A stretch of DNA of 64,000 bases from a virus (Duplodnaviria > Caudoviricetes): the IMG/VR virus record IMGVR_UViG_3300047160_011027, positions 1,510 to 65,509 of that record; one strand, 5' to 3'. Of this stretch, positions 44,678 to 53,470 are shown piece after piece. The position numbers and the translations under genes were made by a program. The first letter of the stretch is position 1; every line of letters starts with the position of its first letter. The notes beneath the pieces were generated by a model. The model worked only from the letters and a program-made list of their open reading frames with translations. It was not told the DNA's origin and did not search any database.

Positions 44678-45987
44678 CGGCGCGCTACCTGATCGGCGAC
44701 GTCATGGCGCGCCTCGCCGAACTCGAACCCGCTTCGGTGGATCTCGTCCTCAGCTCGCCGCCGTTCCTCGCGCTCCGTTCCTACCTGCCCGCGGATCATC
44801 CGGACAAGGATCTCGAGATCGGATCCGAGTCGAATCCGGCCGCGTTCCTCGACGCGCTGCTCGACGTTACGGAGGCGTGCGCGCGTGTGCTCGCGCCGCA
44901 CGGGTCGCTCGTCTTCGAGTTGGGGGACACCTACTCGGGCTCGGGCGGATCCGGGGGCGATTACGCCAGCGACGGGGATCGTGCGGGCGCACCGGGGTTC
45001 AATGGTTCGGCCTACGCACGGCGCGGGCGTTTCGCCCTCGGCGAGCGCACGGGCCCGGGGCGCACGCGCGCCGATCGCCCCGACTGGCCGCTGGACAAAT
45101 CGCTCTGCCTCATGCCGCAGCTCTTCGCGGCCTCGCTCGCCTACGGCCGCAATCTCCTCGATCCCGGCCGGGAGACCGAACGCTGGCGCGTGCGCAACGT
45201 CGTCGCATGGTGCCGGCCGAACCCGCCCGTCGGGGCGCTCGCCGATAAGTTCCGGCCGGCGACGAGCTATCTCACGGTGGCGTGCAAGGCCCGCGACCGC
45301 TGGTTCGATCTGGACGCGGTCCGTAGCCCGTACTCGGAGAATTCCCACGCGAGAACTCGCGTGGGAATCCAGCGTCAGAAACGCACGGCGAAGACGTCTC
45401 CCGACGGAAATCGAGCGACACTTCACGATCGCAATAACGACGACGCGGGTGCCCCGCCGCTTGACTATTGGGAGATCCCCAGCCAGCCCTATCAGGGCAG
45501 CCATTACGCCACGTGGCCCGAGAAAGTCTGCGTACGTCCGATCCTCGCCATGTGTCCCGAGCGCGTCTGCCGCGTGTGCGGTGAACCCTCGAGGCGAATA
45601 AGCGAGCAGCGCTGGCTGGATGCGCTCACGGGCGAGGAGCGGGCCGACATCGGCGGCTCGGATATGTTCCGCCACGAGGCCGGGACGAGAGAGATCCGTG
45701 GTCGGAACCGAGGCACCACGCAGCCCGGCGTCGTCTCCTCGCCGATCACGACGAGCTGGACTGACTGCGGTCATAACGCATGGCGACGCGGTGTTGTTCT
45801 CGATCCGTTCGCGGGCTCGGGTACCACGCTTGCCGTCGCTGAGGGCCACGCGCGCGATTCCATCGGCATCGATCTGGACGAACGCAACGCCGAGCTCGCG
45901 CGCGAACGCGTCGGCGGGCTCTTTCTCGAGGTGGACTGCGGGACACCGCGCACGGAAGCGATCTTCCCGAGCAAGGCGTTCCTTTGA
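44674..45987 (+). CDS. N4-cytosine/N6-adenine DNA methyltransferase (beta class)
   Basis: SSPPF motif IV first, HYATWPE, VLDPFAGSGTT motif I last. Confidence 0.9.
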   Translation: MTARYLIGDVMARLAELEPASVDLVLSSPPFLALRSYLPADHPDKDLEIGSESNPAAFLDALLDVTEACARVLAPHGSLVFELGDTYSGSGGSGGDYASDGDRAGAPGFNGSAYARRGRFALGERTGPGRTRADRPDWPLDKSLCLMPQLFAASLAYGRNLLDPGRETERWRVRNVVAWCRPNPPVGALADKFRPATSYLTVACKARDRWFDLDAVRSPYSENSHARTRVGIQRQKRTAKTSPDGNRATLHDRNNDDAGAPPLDYWEIPSQPYQGSHYATWPEKVCVRPILAMCPERVCRVCGEPSRRISEQRWLDALTGEERADIGGSDMFRHEAGTREIRGRNRGTTQPGVVSSPITTSWTDCGHNAWRRGVVLDPFAGSGTTLAVAEGHARDSIGIDLDERNAELARERVGGLFLEVDCGTPRTEAIFPSKAFL

Positions 45988-46469
45988 CGGCGGTCGCACT
46001 CCGGCAGCTGGAACGACGGCCGATCTCGTTACGCGAGGCGAATCGCTTCGTGGTGGCGCATCACCGCCATAACATCGAGGTCCGAGGCTGGCTCTTCGGC
46101 TCCTCGCTCTGGCTGGAGGAGGAACTCCGGGCGGTGGGAATCGCGGGCCAGCCGGTCGGCCGGGGCATGGACGACGGGCGGACGCTGGAGATCCTGCGCG
46201 TCTGCACGCTCGGCGATAAGAATGCCTGCTCGATGCTCTACGGAGCGCTCTGTCGAGCTGCGAAAGCGCTCGGCTACGAACGAGCGATCACCTACACGCT
46301 CGCCTCTGAAGCGGGCGTGACGCCGCTCTCCGCTGGCTTCCGGCTCGATGCCGTCCTCTCACCGCGCGAATCCTGGGCCGGGGAAACGCGCCATCGCTAT
46401 GACGCCGATCTCTTCGGCGAACAGCGCCGTCCGCAGGACGGCAAGCTGCGCTGGAGACGAGATCTGTGA
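45984..46469 (+). CDS. XF1762-family GNAT-like protein
   Basis: PISLREAN.FV..HHRH, G.PV.R..DDG.TLEI.RVCT.G..NACSMLYGA..RAAKALGY...ITYTL.SE. Confidence 0.85.
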   Translation: MTAVALRQLERRPISLREANRFVVAHHRHNIEVRGWLFGSSLWLEEELRAVGIAGQPVGRGMDDGRTLEILRVCTLGDKNACSMLYGALCRAAKALGYERAITYTLASEAGVTPLSAGFRLDAVLSPRESWAGETRHRYDADLFGEQRRPQDGKLRWRRDL

Positions 46470-46566
46470 ACGTCGGACTGCCGGCGCTGCACTACGGGGC
46501 CATCGAGCCCTATGCCCGCGCGCATTTCGCGCGGAGGACTCGAACCCGAGAGAAGGCCCTAATGAC

Positions 46567-47100
46567 GTGCTTCGACGACTTCCGATTCTGGCGCTCGCGT
46601 TTGGCGCAGCCCTCCTGATTTCCTGCTCCGATTCATCTAAACCGCGGGTCGTTGTCGCGCCGCCCACGACGCAAAGCAGAGCCCAGTTTCATGCCCCCGA
46701 TCTCTCCGTCTTCGGCCGTTGGCTCACCGCCGCGCATGCGCGCGACGTCGTAAAATGGGAGGCGGCGGCCGTGCGGCCTCAACCCGTTGAAACTCTGGGC
46801 CAGAGCGGAGGCGCGAGAACTGTCGCGCCGGTCACGGAACCGGCGGCCGCCACCTCCGGCCTCTGGCACACAGACGGCTACGACTGGCAGGCCCTCGCCC
46901 GCTGCGAAACGGGAGCCGATTGGCGCATGCACGGCAGCGTCTACTCCACCGCGTTCGGGATCATGAACGGCGCCGGAGAGATGACCGCCGCAGCTCTAGC
47001 CGGGACCGCTTCTCCCGACGATCAGGTCCGCATCGCGATCGCGGTCGAGCGGCGAGCCGGTATCCGCGCCTGGGGCTGCCATGCGGCGGCAGGCGGATGA
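46567..47100 (+). CDS. Lipoprotein with resuscitation-promoting-factor (Rpf)-like transglycosylase domain
   Basis: Lipobox LLISC; WQALARCETGADW (catalytic Glu), ASPDDQVRIA, G..AWGC (second Cys). Confidence 0.7.
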   Translation: MLRRLPILALAFGAALLISCSDSSKPRVVVAPPTTQSRAQFHAPDLSVFGRWLTAAHARDVVKWEAAAVRPQPVETLGQSGGARTVAPVTEPAAATSGLWHTDGYDWQALARCETGADWRMHGSVYSTAFGIMNGAGEMTAAALAGTASPDDQVRIAIAVERRAGIRAWGCHAAAGG

Positions 47101-47441
47101 AGCGCAGCGGTCTACCGAAGCGGAAGGCGCCGCTCCGCGCGACCGGCCGGAAAGCCACACGCGAACGAAAAGCTCTCGACGCGTTCAAGGCCGCCGTACA
47201 CGCCCGGCGATGGTGTGAAGCGCAGGGCCTGCTGCGCGGCGAGGGATATCTGCGCGGTAAGCAGGTCTGCTCCGCGTCCTTGCATATCGGCGAGCACGCT
47301 CATCATGTCTGGCCGGAAGATCGGCGGACCGGTAAGCATGACCCGGATCGCGGTCTGCTGCTCTGCTATGTCGCGCATAGCTACGCGCATGACTTCCCGG
47401 CCGACGCGAAGCGGCTCGGATTGCTACGTCCCGAGGGTTAG
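47097..47441 (+). CDS. HNH-like endonuclease (degenerate)
   Basis: MKRSGL.RK.PL N-terminus, C..., HAHH, LLLC..AH..AH..P..A..LGLL. Confidence 0.6.
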   Translation: MKRSGLPKRKAPLRATGRKATRERKALDAFKAAVHARRWCEAQGLLRGEGYLRGKQVCSASLHIGEHAHHVWPEDRRTGKHDPDRGLLLCYVAHSYAHDFPADAKRLGLLRPEG

Positions 47442-47451
47442 GCTCCCGCTC

Positions 47452-47817
47452 ATGGATCCCGAAGAGGATCACGAAGACGAACGTCACGAACTTGAACGCC
47501 GCATCGAGCGGCTGGAGGATGAAATGGCTGATCTCGCAAGCGCTATCGCCGATCTCCAAGGCGAAGACACTGCCTTACAGGCGTCCGTCGCGCAACTCAA
47601 CACCGACGCCGGCGCGGTGACGACGGCGCTCTCCGACCAGGCGACGCAGATCGCCTCGCTGCAAGCGCAGATCGCGGCGCTCCAGGCGGGCGGCACGGTG
47701 ACTGCGGATCAGCTCGCAGCACTTCAGCAGGTGGCGACCGATCTCGGTAGCGCGAACGACCAAGCCCAAGCCGCGCACGGCTCCCTCACCGCTGCACTGC
47801 CCACGCCTTCGGCGTGA
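47452..47817 (+). CDS. Coiled-coil hypothetical protein
   Basis: Heptad Ala/Gln/Leu pattern; TAGGCT -10 8 nt upstream. Confidence 0.6.
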   Translation: MDPEEDHEDERHELERRIERLEDEMADLASAIADLQGEDTALQASVAQLNTDAGAVTTALSDQATQIASLQAQIAALQAGGTVTADQLAALQQVATDLGSANDQAQAAHGSLTAALPTPSA

Positions 47818-47840
47818 TCTGTCCTATCTGCGGGCACGAC

Positions 47841-47969
47841 ATGGCGCTTCAGCACGACGGCGACGGGATGGAGAATGATCCCTACGTCTGCCGGGCGAGG
47901 AACTGCAACTGCGCGTGGGTCGTCGGCCTCATGGGCGATCCGGAAATGATTCTGGTGGATCGTGACTGA
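47841..47969 (+). CDS. Small Cys-containing peptide
   Basis: 42-aa ORF filling the gap, overlaps ParB start. Confidence 0.3.
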   Translation: MALQHDGDGMENDPYVCRARNCNCAWVVGLMGDPEMILVDRD

Positions 47970-48618
47970 CGCCGAACAACTCGAGAACTTCGCCGTTGAG
48001 CTCTGGCCGATCGCCGAACTCGAACCGCACCCGCGTAATCCGCAGCACGGCGACATCGGCGCGATCGCCACCGCGATCGCGGTCGACGGCTGGCACGGCG
48101 CGGTCATCGCGCAGTCTCCTCGAGGACGTCGCAAACGGCCGCGGCTCATCGCCGGCGAACACCGCTGGCGGGGACTCGCCGCATTGCAGCGCGATGGCAT
48201 CGATCTCGACGGCACGCATCACGACTACGAGGCGCTGCGCGCGCGCGTAATTCTCCCGCCAGCCGGCTACGTTCCCGTCCAGCAGCTCGACATCTCCGAC
48301 GAGGCCGCCCGCCGCAAACTGCTCGCCGATAACCGCGCCTCGGCGCTCGCCACGCAGGACGCGCCGGTACTCATCGATCTGCTGCAGGAGCTGGCCGCGA
48401 GCAATGAACTGCTCGGCTCCCTCTACGACGGCGAGGATCTCGACGCGCTGCTCAAGTCACTGGAAGAAGGGCCCGGGCCGCAAGAGGGCGACGCCAAGAC
48501 GCAGGATCTGCCGGCGCTGTGGTCCGTCGTCATCGAATGCACCACCGAGGCCGAACAACTGGAGCTCCTCGATGAGTTCGCCGGGCGCGGGCTCAACGTG
48601 CGGGCGATCATCACATGA
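47962..48618 (+). CDS. ParB/Srx-like N-terminal domain protein
   Basis: PIAEL.PHPRNP..GD...I...I...GW, LIAGEHRW, LLADNR. Confidence 0.85.
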   Translation: MTDAEQLENFAVELWPIAELEPHPRNPQHGDIGAIATAIAVDGWHGAVIAQSPRGRRKRPRLIAGEHRWRGLAALQRDGIDLDGTHHDYEALRARVILPPAGYVPVQQLDISDEAARRKLLADNRASALATQDAPVLIDLLQELAASNELLGSLYDGEDLDALLKSLEEGPGPQEGDAKTQDLPALWSVVIECTTEAEQLELLDEFAGRGLNVRAIIT

Positions 48619-49829
48619 AGGCGACGATAACGCTCGAGACGGAACTGAAACGCACGGCGCGCGTCATGCAGATTGAATCACTCTTCGACGTCCCGCCTTC
48701 GCAGCATGCCGCGCAGAGCTGGGAGGTAGATCTGCCGGTTGAGGAGAAGGACTGGCATATCGGGCTCGTCGTCGGGCCATCGGGCGCCGGCAAGTCCACC
48801 GTGCTCCGCGCGCTCTTCGCCGACGATCTCGCCCCGCCGAAGGATTGGTCGCCCTCCGCCGCGCTCGTGGACGAGTTCCCGCCCGGTATGTCCGTGCGTG
48901 ACATTACGACGATGCTCTCGAGCGTCGGACTCGGCTCGATCCCCACCTGGACGCGCCCGTATCGCACACTCTCGACGGGTGAACAGTTCCGCGCTGAGGT
49001 CGCCTACACGCTCGCCAGCCGGCCCGAGCTCGCGGTGATCGATGAATGGACGTCCACCGTGGATCGCCAAGTGGCGAAGGTGGCATCGGCGGCGACGGCG
49101 AAGACGGTGCGCAAATACGGGCAGCGCCTGATCGCCTCAACGTGCCATTACGACGTCGAGGACTGGCTGAACCCCGACTGGGTCTACCAGCCGCACGTCG
49201 GCGAGTTCACATGGAGGTCTCTTCATCCGAGGCCAACGATCGCCCTCCGTATCTGCCCGGTGGATCGAAGCGCGTGGCGAGTGTTTGCCCGCCATCACTA
49301 TCTGAGCAGCCAACTGCCGGCGGGCGAAGCGTGGGGCGCCTTCACCGAGACCGGCGAGTGCATTGCGTTTTGTCTGTACGGCCCGACGGTGCACCCCTCG
49401 CCGAAATCCCGCTCGATCCGGCGCGCCCATCGCGTCGTCGTGCTGCCCGACTGGCAGGGGCTCGGCATCGGCCCGCGCATCGTCGAGCAACTCGCTCGCT
49501 ACTACGGCGCTCGGCGTCTGCGTCCCCGGATTCTCACCGTGCATCCGGGCCTCATCCGTTACTTCCTGCGTTCGCCCCGATGGGCCGTGGTGCAGACGCC
49601 GAGGGTGGATCGTCTCACATCGGGGAAACGGGCGACCGCCGGGCTTCGCGCGCGCCAGCGCAGCACGCGCCGCCTGCAGATCTACGGTTTCGAGTATCGA
49701 CTGGGCGGGGATATGTCTGATTCAGGGCACTCAGCGCCTGCCGTCCCAGGCGACGCCCTGGTGGGCCAGACGCCCGATCCGCGTCTGGGCGTCGAACCCG
49801 AGGCCGGGACGCGGGAGGCGACGCCCTAG
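48615..49829 (+). CDS. ABC-type ATPase fused to GNAT acetyltransferase
   Basis: GPSGAGKST, LSTGEQFRA (signature variant), IDEWTSTVDR, CHYD..DWL.PDW; GNAT: W..F..HHYL, HRVVVLPDWQGLGIG. Confidence 0.88.
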   Translation: MKATITLETELKRTARVMQIESLFDVPPSQHAAQSWEVDLPVEEKDWHIGLVVGPSGAGKSTVLRALFADDLAPPKDWSPSAALVDEFPPGMSVRDITTMLSSVGLGSIPTWTRPYRTLSTGEQFRAEVAYTLASRPELAVIDEWTSTVDRQVAKVASAATAKTVRKYGQRLIASTCHYDVEDWLNPDWVYQPHVGEFTWRSLHPRPTIALRICPVDRSAWRVFARHHYLSSQLPAGEAWGAFTETGECIAFCLYGPTVHPSPKSRSIRRAHRVVVLPDWQGLGIGPRIVEQLARYYGARRLRPRILTVHPGLIRYFLRSPRWAVVQTPRVDRLTSGKRATAGLRARQRSTRRLQIYGFEYRLGGDMSDSGHSAPAVPGDALVGQTPDPRLGVEPEAGTREATP

Positions 49830-50266
49830 CGGGACTCTTCGCGGGCGGCTCGCTCGTCTTCGCAGAGATCGCAGTGGCAGACGTCGCAGGCCCGATCGCG
49901 TATGTGCCGGAGCGTTCGTCCATCCGGCGTGCGTGCGTTCGGGCGGGCGACGACGGAACAGCCCGCGCGGTGATCCTCGTGCGGGACGTGACGCCGACAG
50001 TCTGGGCATCGAACGCTCGCGCGCGCGGCGGCGAGTCGGTTCATTTCCTGATAGGCGGCGCTCGTCTCCTCGTCGCGCAGGAGATTCGGCTCCGGCGTAT
50101 TCGGGACTTGATCCGACGGGCTGCCTGCCGCGCGCCACGCTCGCATGGCTGCGTTATGCCGGCGCTCGCCCAGATCGCGCCACGCCGCCAGCCGCCAACT
50201 CGACATGTCTTCCCAGCGAATGAGCGCATCGACGTATTCCTGTTCGTTCTCGTCAGTCCAGGGCAT
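49826..50266 (-). CDS. Hypothetical protein with CxxC motifs
   Basis: RCPDC and CDVCHCDLC; start overlapping ASCH gene end. Confidence 0.55.
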   Translation of the reverse strand: MPWTDENEQEYVDALIRWEDMSSWRLAAWRDLGERRHNAAMRAWRAAGSPSDQVPNTPEPNLLRDEETSAAYQEMNRLAAARASVRCPDCRRHVPHEDHRAGCSVVARPNARTPDGRTLRHIRDRACDVCHCDLCEDERAAREESR

Positions 50267-50660
50267 GGAGTCTCCTCTCGATCCGGGCGCTGATCGGCCA
50301 GAGCGATTGCTGCCCGCGTACCGGGATCGGGCTGGCGAGCTCGCGGGGGTTGGCGAGCAGCCAGGCGTAACGGCCGCGGCGGAAGTCCCCGAGCGGGCGC
50401 TGACGGGCCGGCCGGTGCTGACGGGTCGGCACCACGTCGATGATGTCAACGACGCCGATCACGCAGCCGAAGGCGACGCCGATATCGACGCCGGCGTCCT
50501 CAAGTAGGCGCCAGAGTTCGTTGACGTCCTGCTCGGGTCGCAGCGCTGCGTGAATCGCCAGCGGGCCCCGTTCGTTCGTGCTCCACGACCGCGTCTCGAC
50601 GGTCTTGATCCCGGCCATGATGAGCGAGGCGTAGGGCTGGCGGATCGTCAGCGCCCTCAC
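50253..50660 (-). CDS. ASCH-domain protein
   Basis: ALTIRQPYA.LI..G.KTVETRSW....RG.LAIHA, G..IGVV.I.D, YAW.L..P..L..PIP.RGQ..LW. Confidence 0.9.
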   Translation of the reverse strand: MRALTIRQPYASLIMAGIKTVETRSWSTNERGPLAIHAALRPEQDVNELWRLLEDAGVDIGVAFGCVIGVVDIIDVVPTRQHRPARQRPLGDFRRGRYAWLLANPRELASPIPVRGQQSLWPISARIERRLHALD

Positions 50661-50839
50661 GACTGTATCTCCATGCACTCGGCGACTTGGCGTCGCAGGA
50701 AGTTGTCGAAATAGCGAGACGCAGCCCGATCGAGCGCTGTTCGCGTCTCGTCGGACGGGCGCGCTCGGTACTCGATTACTCGGTAATCGAGGGCCACGCG
50801 TAGCGCGTCGGCCGCTAATAGGAGTTCGTCGCAGTTCAT
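50657..50839 (-). CDS. Hypothetical protein
   Basis: 60-aa ORF with own promoter-like upstream element. Confidence 0.5.
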   Translation of the reverse strand: MNCDELLLAADALRVALDYRVIEYRARPSDETRTALDRAASRYFDNFLRRQVAECMEIQS

Positions 50840-50848
50840 CTCGCCTGC

Positions 50849-50870
50849 CTCTCTGACACTGCTCATTCTA
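50849..50870 (-). promoter_or_regulatory. Early-type promoter: -10 TAGAAT followed by GTCAGAGAG start motif
   Basis: Same GTCAGAGAG 7-8 nt after the -10 as at the two divergent promoters. Confidence 0.5.
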
Positions 50871-50985
50871 TCGCAGCGGGGTGACAGGCTCCCGGGCCCG
50901 GCGCAGCCGGAGTGAGAGAGTTCATCACTTGTCAGAGAGACGGACTCGACGGCCGCACCAGCGGCCCGGGAGTCCTCAGCGTACT

Positions 50986-51282
50986 TCACGCGATTCTCCT
51001 CTTCGCTCGTTTGGGTGCCATGCAGGGCGTACGCGCCTTAACGGCGTCGTCCAGCCCGAAGAGTTCGTCATCGTCCAGCATGTATTCGCCGAGACGTTTG
51101 GCGTAGCCGAGCGTGTCCGTCTCGGCGAGCACGTTGTTGGAGGGCGTATCGATGAGGGCGTAGCCGCCTCGTCCGTCGACGCGTCCGCGCGTTCGTAACG
51201 CGATGATCGTCAGCGTCGGATCGTCGGCGTTCTCCCACCAACGCCTTCCGTTCTGCTGGTGATAGTTCCATGTTGTGTTCAC
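50986..51282 (-). CDS. Hypothetical protein
   Basis: GTGA-coupled to upstream gene. Confidence 0.55.
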   Translation of the reverse strand: MNTTWNYHQQNGRRWWENADDPTLTIIALRTRGRVDGRGGYALIDTPSNNVLAETDTLGYAKRLGEYMLDDDELFGLDDAVKARTPCMAPKRAKRRIA

Positions 51283-51761
51283 GCCACCCACCCGTCGAAG
51301 AGGGCGGCGTAACGCTCGTCCGCGTCCATCGTGCGGGAGTCGATCGTCCACGACGTGAACCCGCGCGCCTCGCCGCAGTAGATGCAGCAGCCGTCGTCGT
51401 CCACGAACGACGCGGAGTCGCAGTGCGGGCACGGCGTTCCGGGCCCGTCGTCGTGACAGCGGTCGTGAACGGCGAACCCGCCAACCATGCGGCCCACGTT
51501 CACTGGGCCCGACGCCCAGACGGGCGTTGCGCAGACGACGCAGTAGCCGATCGAGTAGTTACCGATCCGGCGAACGTCATCGACGGGCATTGCGAGTTGC
51601 GTGACGTCGGGCGTCTCGTTGTCGAACGTCTCGCGCTGTTCGTAGAGATCCCAGAGATAGTCGCTGGCGTCCTCGTCGGGCGTCCACGTGCGATCCAGCC
51701 GACGGCGTTCGTGCGTCGCCTGCGGATCGATCGGACGATTGCTGTTCCATTCGGTGCCCAT
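51279..51761 (-). CDS. Hypothetical protein with multiple CxxC motifs
   Basis: CVVC..HDRC, CPHC, CIYC; AGGAAA SD. Confidence 0.6.
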   Translation of the reverse strand: MGTEWNSNRPIDPQATHERRRLDRTWTPDEDASDYLWDLYEQRETFDNETPDVTQLAMPVDDVRRIGNYSIGYCVVCATPVWASGPVNVGRMVGGFAVHDRCHDDGPGTPCPHCDSASFVDDDGCCIYCGEARGFTSWTIDSRTMDADERYAALFDGWVA

Positions 51762-51773
51762 GACGTTTTCCTT

Positions 51774-52751
51774 TCACGCGCCATAGCGGGCGCTGCGGGC
51801 CGACAGACGATCGGCGTCGGACTGGCTGAGATAGGCGTTGTCGACCAGGTAGCCGACGAACCCGTTGAAGTCGGTGGGGATGCGCGGCTCGTTCGTCGCC
51901 GCGTTCGCGCACGCGACGAGGGCGAGAAGGAAGCGAACCCACTCGGCGATCTTGCGTCCGTCGAGCGTCCCGTGGTGCTGACGGAACTCAAGCGTTCCGT
52001 AGCGAGGGAATGAGCAGACGTTGACGGTGCGGTAACGCATCCCGTGATATTCGGGGATGACGCGCCCAGCCATCGCGTCGAGCGCATATTGGACGGTGCC
52101 CTCGCGGTTGCCGAGGTTCGGCAGGTGCTGGCAGTAGTAGGCGTTGCGACGGGAGACGGGGACGAGCGAGTCGATCGCCGACTGGCGATCGGTGTAGAGG
52201 CGAACGAGGCGCATCCGAGCGGACGGCGTCATCGGGCGAACCTCGACGTGGACGTGGAGGCCCTCGCTACGCCCGACGCGGCAGCCGAGCGAACGGAGGA
52301 CGCGGGTGACGGTGCTGATCTGGCGGATGCCTTCGGGGCCCGACAGGGGCGGCGAAACCAGTTCCAGATCCGTCGATCCGTCGGGGACGATCTTCCACGC
52401 GTCCATCACCTCGTGCGTGTAGCCGGGCGAATAACAGGCGATTCCCTCGTTGGCGAGGGCGGCGACGATCTCGGCCTCGGGGACGTAGCGCCCAGCCCTG
52501 CGGAATTCGATCTCGACGCCGAAGCGAGTGGTGCCCATGTTCGGGCGGGCGGCGGCGTTGTTCGTGCGGCTACCCGTACCCGGCTCGGGCTGCTCGGTGT
52601 GACGCGCCCACGCGCAGGCGGCGTGGCGAGCCTGCTGCCAGTTCCGGAATCCGAGTTGGTCGGCGATCGTCTGCCAGGTGGTGCCCGACTGGCGAAGCTG
52701 GAAACTCGACTCGGCCCTGACGTCTGCGTGGAGAAGATTCGTGCTGGGCAT
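51774..52751 (-). CDS. Putative amidoligase (Amidoligase_2, COOH-NH2 ligase fold) with N-terminal HTH-like segment
   Basis: RFGVEIEF, WKIVPDGS..ELVSPPL, GLHVHV, RY..VN, GTLEFRQHHGTLD..KI..WV.F; N-terminal LRQSGTTWQTIADQLGF. Confidence 0.88.
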   Translation of the reverse strand: MPSTNLLHADVRAESSFQLRQSGTTWQTIADQLGFRNWQQARHAACAWARHTEQPEPGTGSRTNNAAARPNMGTTRFGVEIEFRRAGRYVPEAEIVAALANEGIACYSPGYTHEVMDAWKIVPDGSTDLELVSPPLSGPEGIRQISTVTRVLRSLGCRVGRSEGLHVHVEVRPMTPSARMRLVRLYTDRQSAIDSLVPVSRRNAYYCQHLPNLGNREGTVQYALDAMAGRVIPEYHGMRYRTVNVCSFPRYGTLEFRQHHGTLDGRKIAEWVRFLLALVACANAATNEPRIPTDFNGFVGYLVDNAYLSQSDADRLSARSARYGA

Positions 52752-52771
52752 TTCCTGTCCCTCTCGTTCGT

Positions 52772-52816
52772 TCTCTCTGACGTCTCTATTAGACAGCACC
52801 GCCGTGCTGGAGTCGA
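52772..52816 (-). promoter_or_regulatory. Leftward early promoter with palindromic operator
   Basis: TCGACT-N17-TCTAAT; spacer holds CAGCAC-N4-GTGCTG (52794-52809); AGACGTCAGAGAGA leader. Confidence 0.7.
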
Positions 52817-53159
52817 GGATTATCTGCCGCGGAATCGCCCGGAACGCCCTGAACTACTGATCTTTTCGCGGCGCGAGACGAGAACGACGGGAAACCCAGG
52901 CCAGGCGCGGATCTCGAGAAATCACACGCGTGTCACCAGCTCGGGCGACGACGCGCCCTAGAGAGACGTCTGCGCGAGGGAAACGACGAGGGCGGGCTGG
53001 CTACGCCCTGCCGCGTCGAAAAAGAGCTCCGCGTCGAGTCGCCGGCGACGCCCCCGATACGCGGTAGGGACGATCCTGGGCGACGCCCTGAATCAGACAT
53101 CTCACGTGAACGACGGAGAACGCCCAGCTGTACGTGATTACGCCCGCCGCGATTAGTCC

Positions 53160-53204
53160 TCGACTCCAGCACCGGCGTGCTGTACGATGAAGACGTCAGA
53201 GAGA
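53160..53204 (+). promoter_or_regulatory. Rightward early promoter with palindromic operator
   Basis: TCGACT-N17-TACGAT; spacer holds CAGCAC-N4-GTGCTG (53167-53182); AGACGTCAGAGAGA leader. Confidence 0.75.
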
Positions 53205-53223
53205 GAAGAACGAGGGAGTGGAA

Positions 53224-53451
53224 ATGATCGCACGTCGCAGGCTCGCCCCGAAGGGTTCGTTCCGATCGAACGAGAGAGGGCACCACGTGTCGTTCTCGTC
53301 CGTCGAGTTCCCGAAGGACTCGCGTCCGCGCTGTCCGATCTGCGAGACGACGATCAGCGAGATCGGCCGCGATGTCGGCGTTCTCGTCAACGGAGAATGG
53401 GTTCACCCGTTCTGCGCCGTCGCTCGCAACGAACATCTCGCTCGTTCATAA
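53224..53451 (+). CDS. Small zinc-binding protein
   Basis: CPIC...HPFC; GAGGGAG SD. Confidence 0.6.
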   Translation: MIARRRLAPKGSFRSNERGHHVSFSSVEFPKDSRPRCPICETTISEIGRDVGVLVNGEWVHPFCAVARNEHLARS

Positions 53452-53470
53452 CGAGAGGAAAGTCAAGAGA

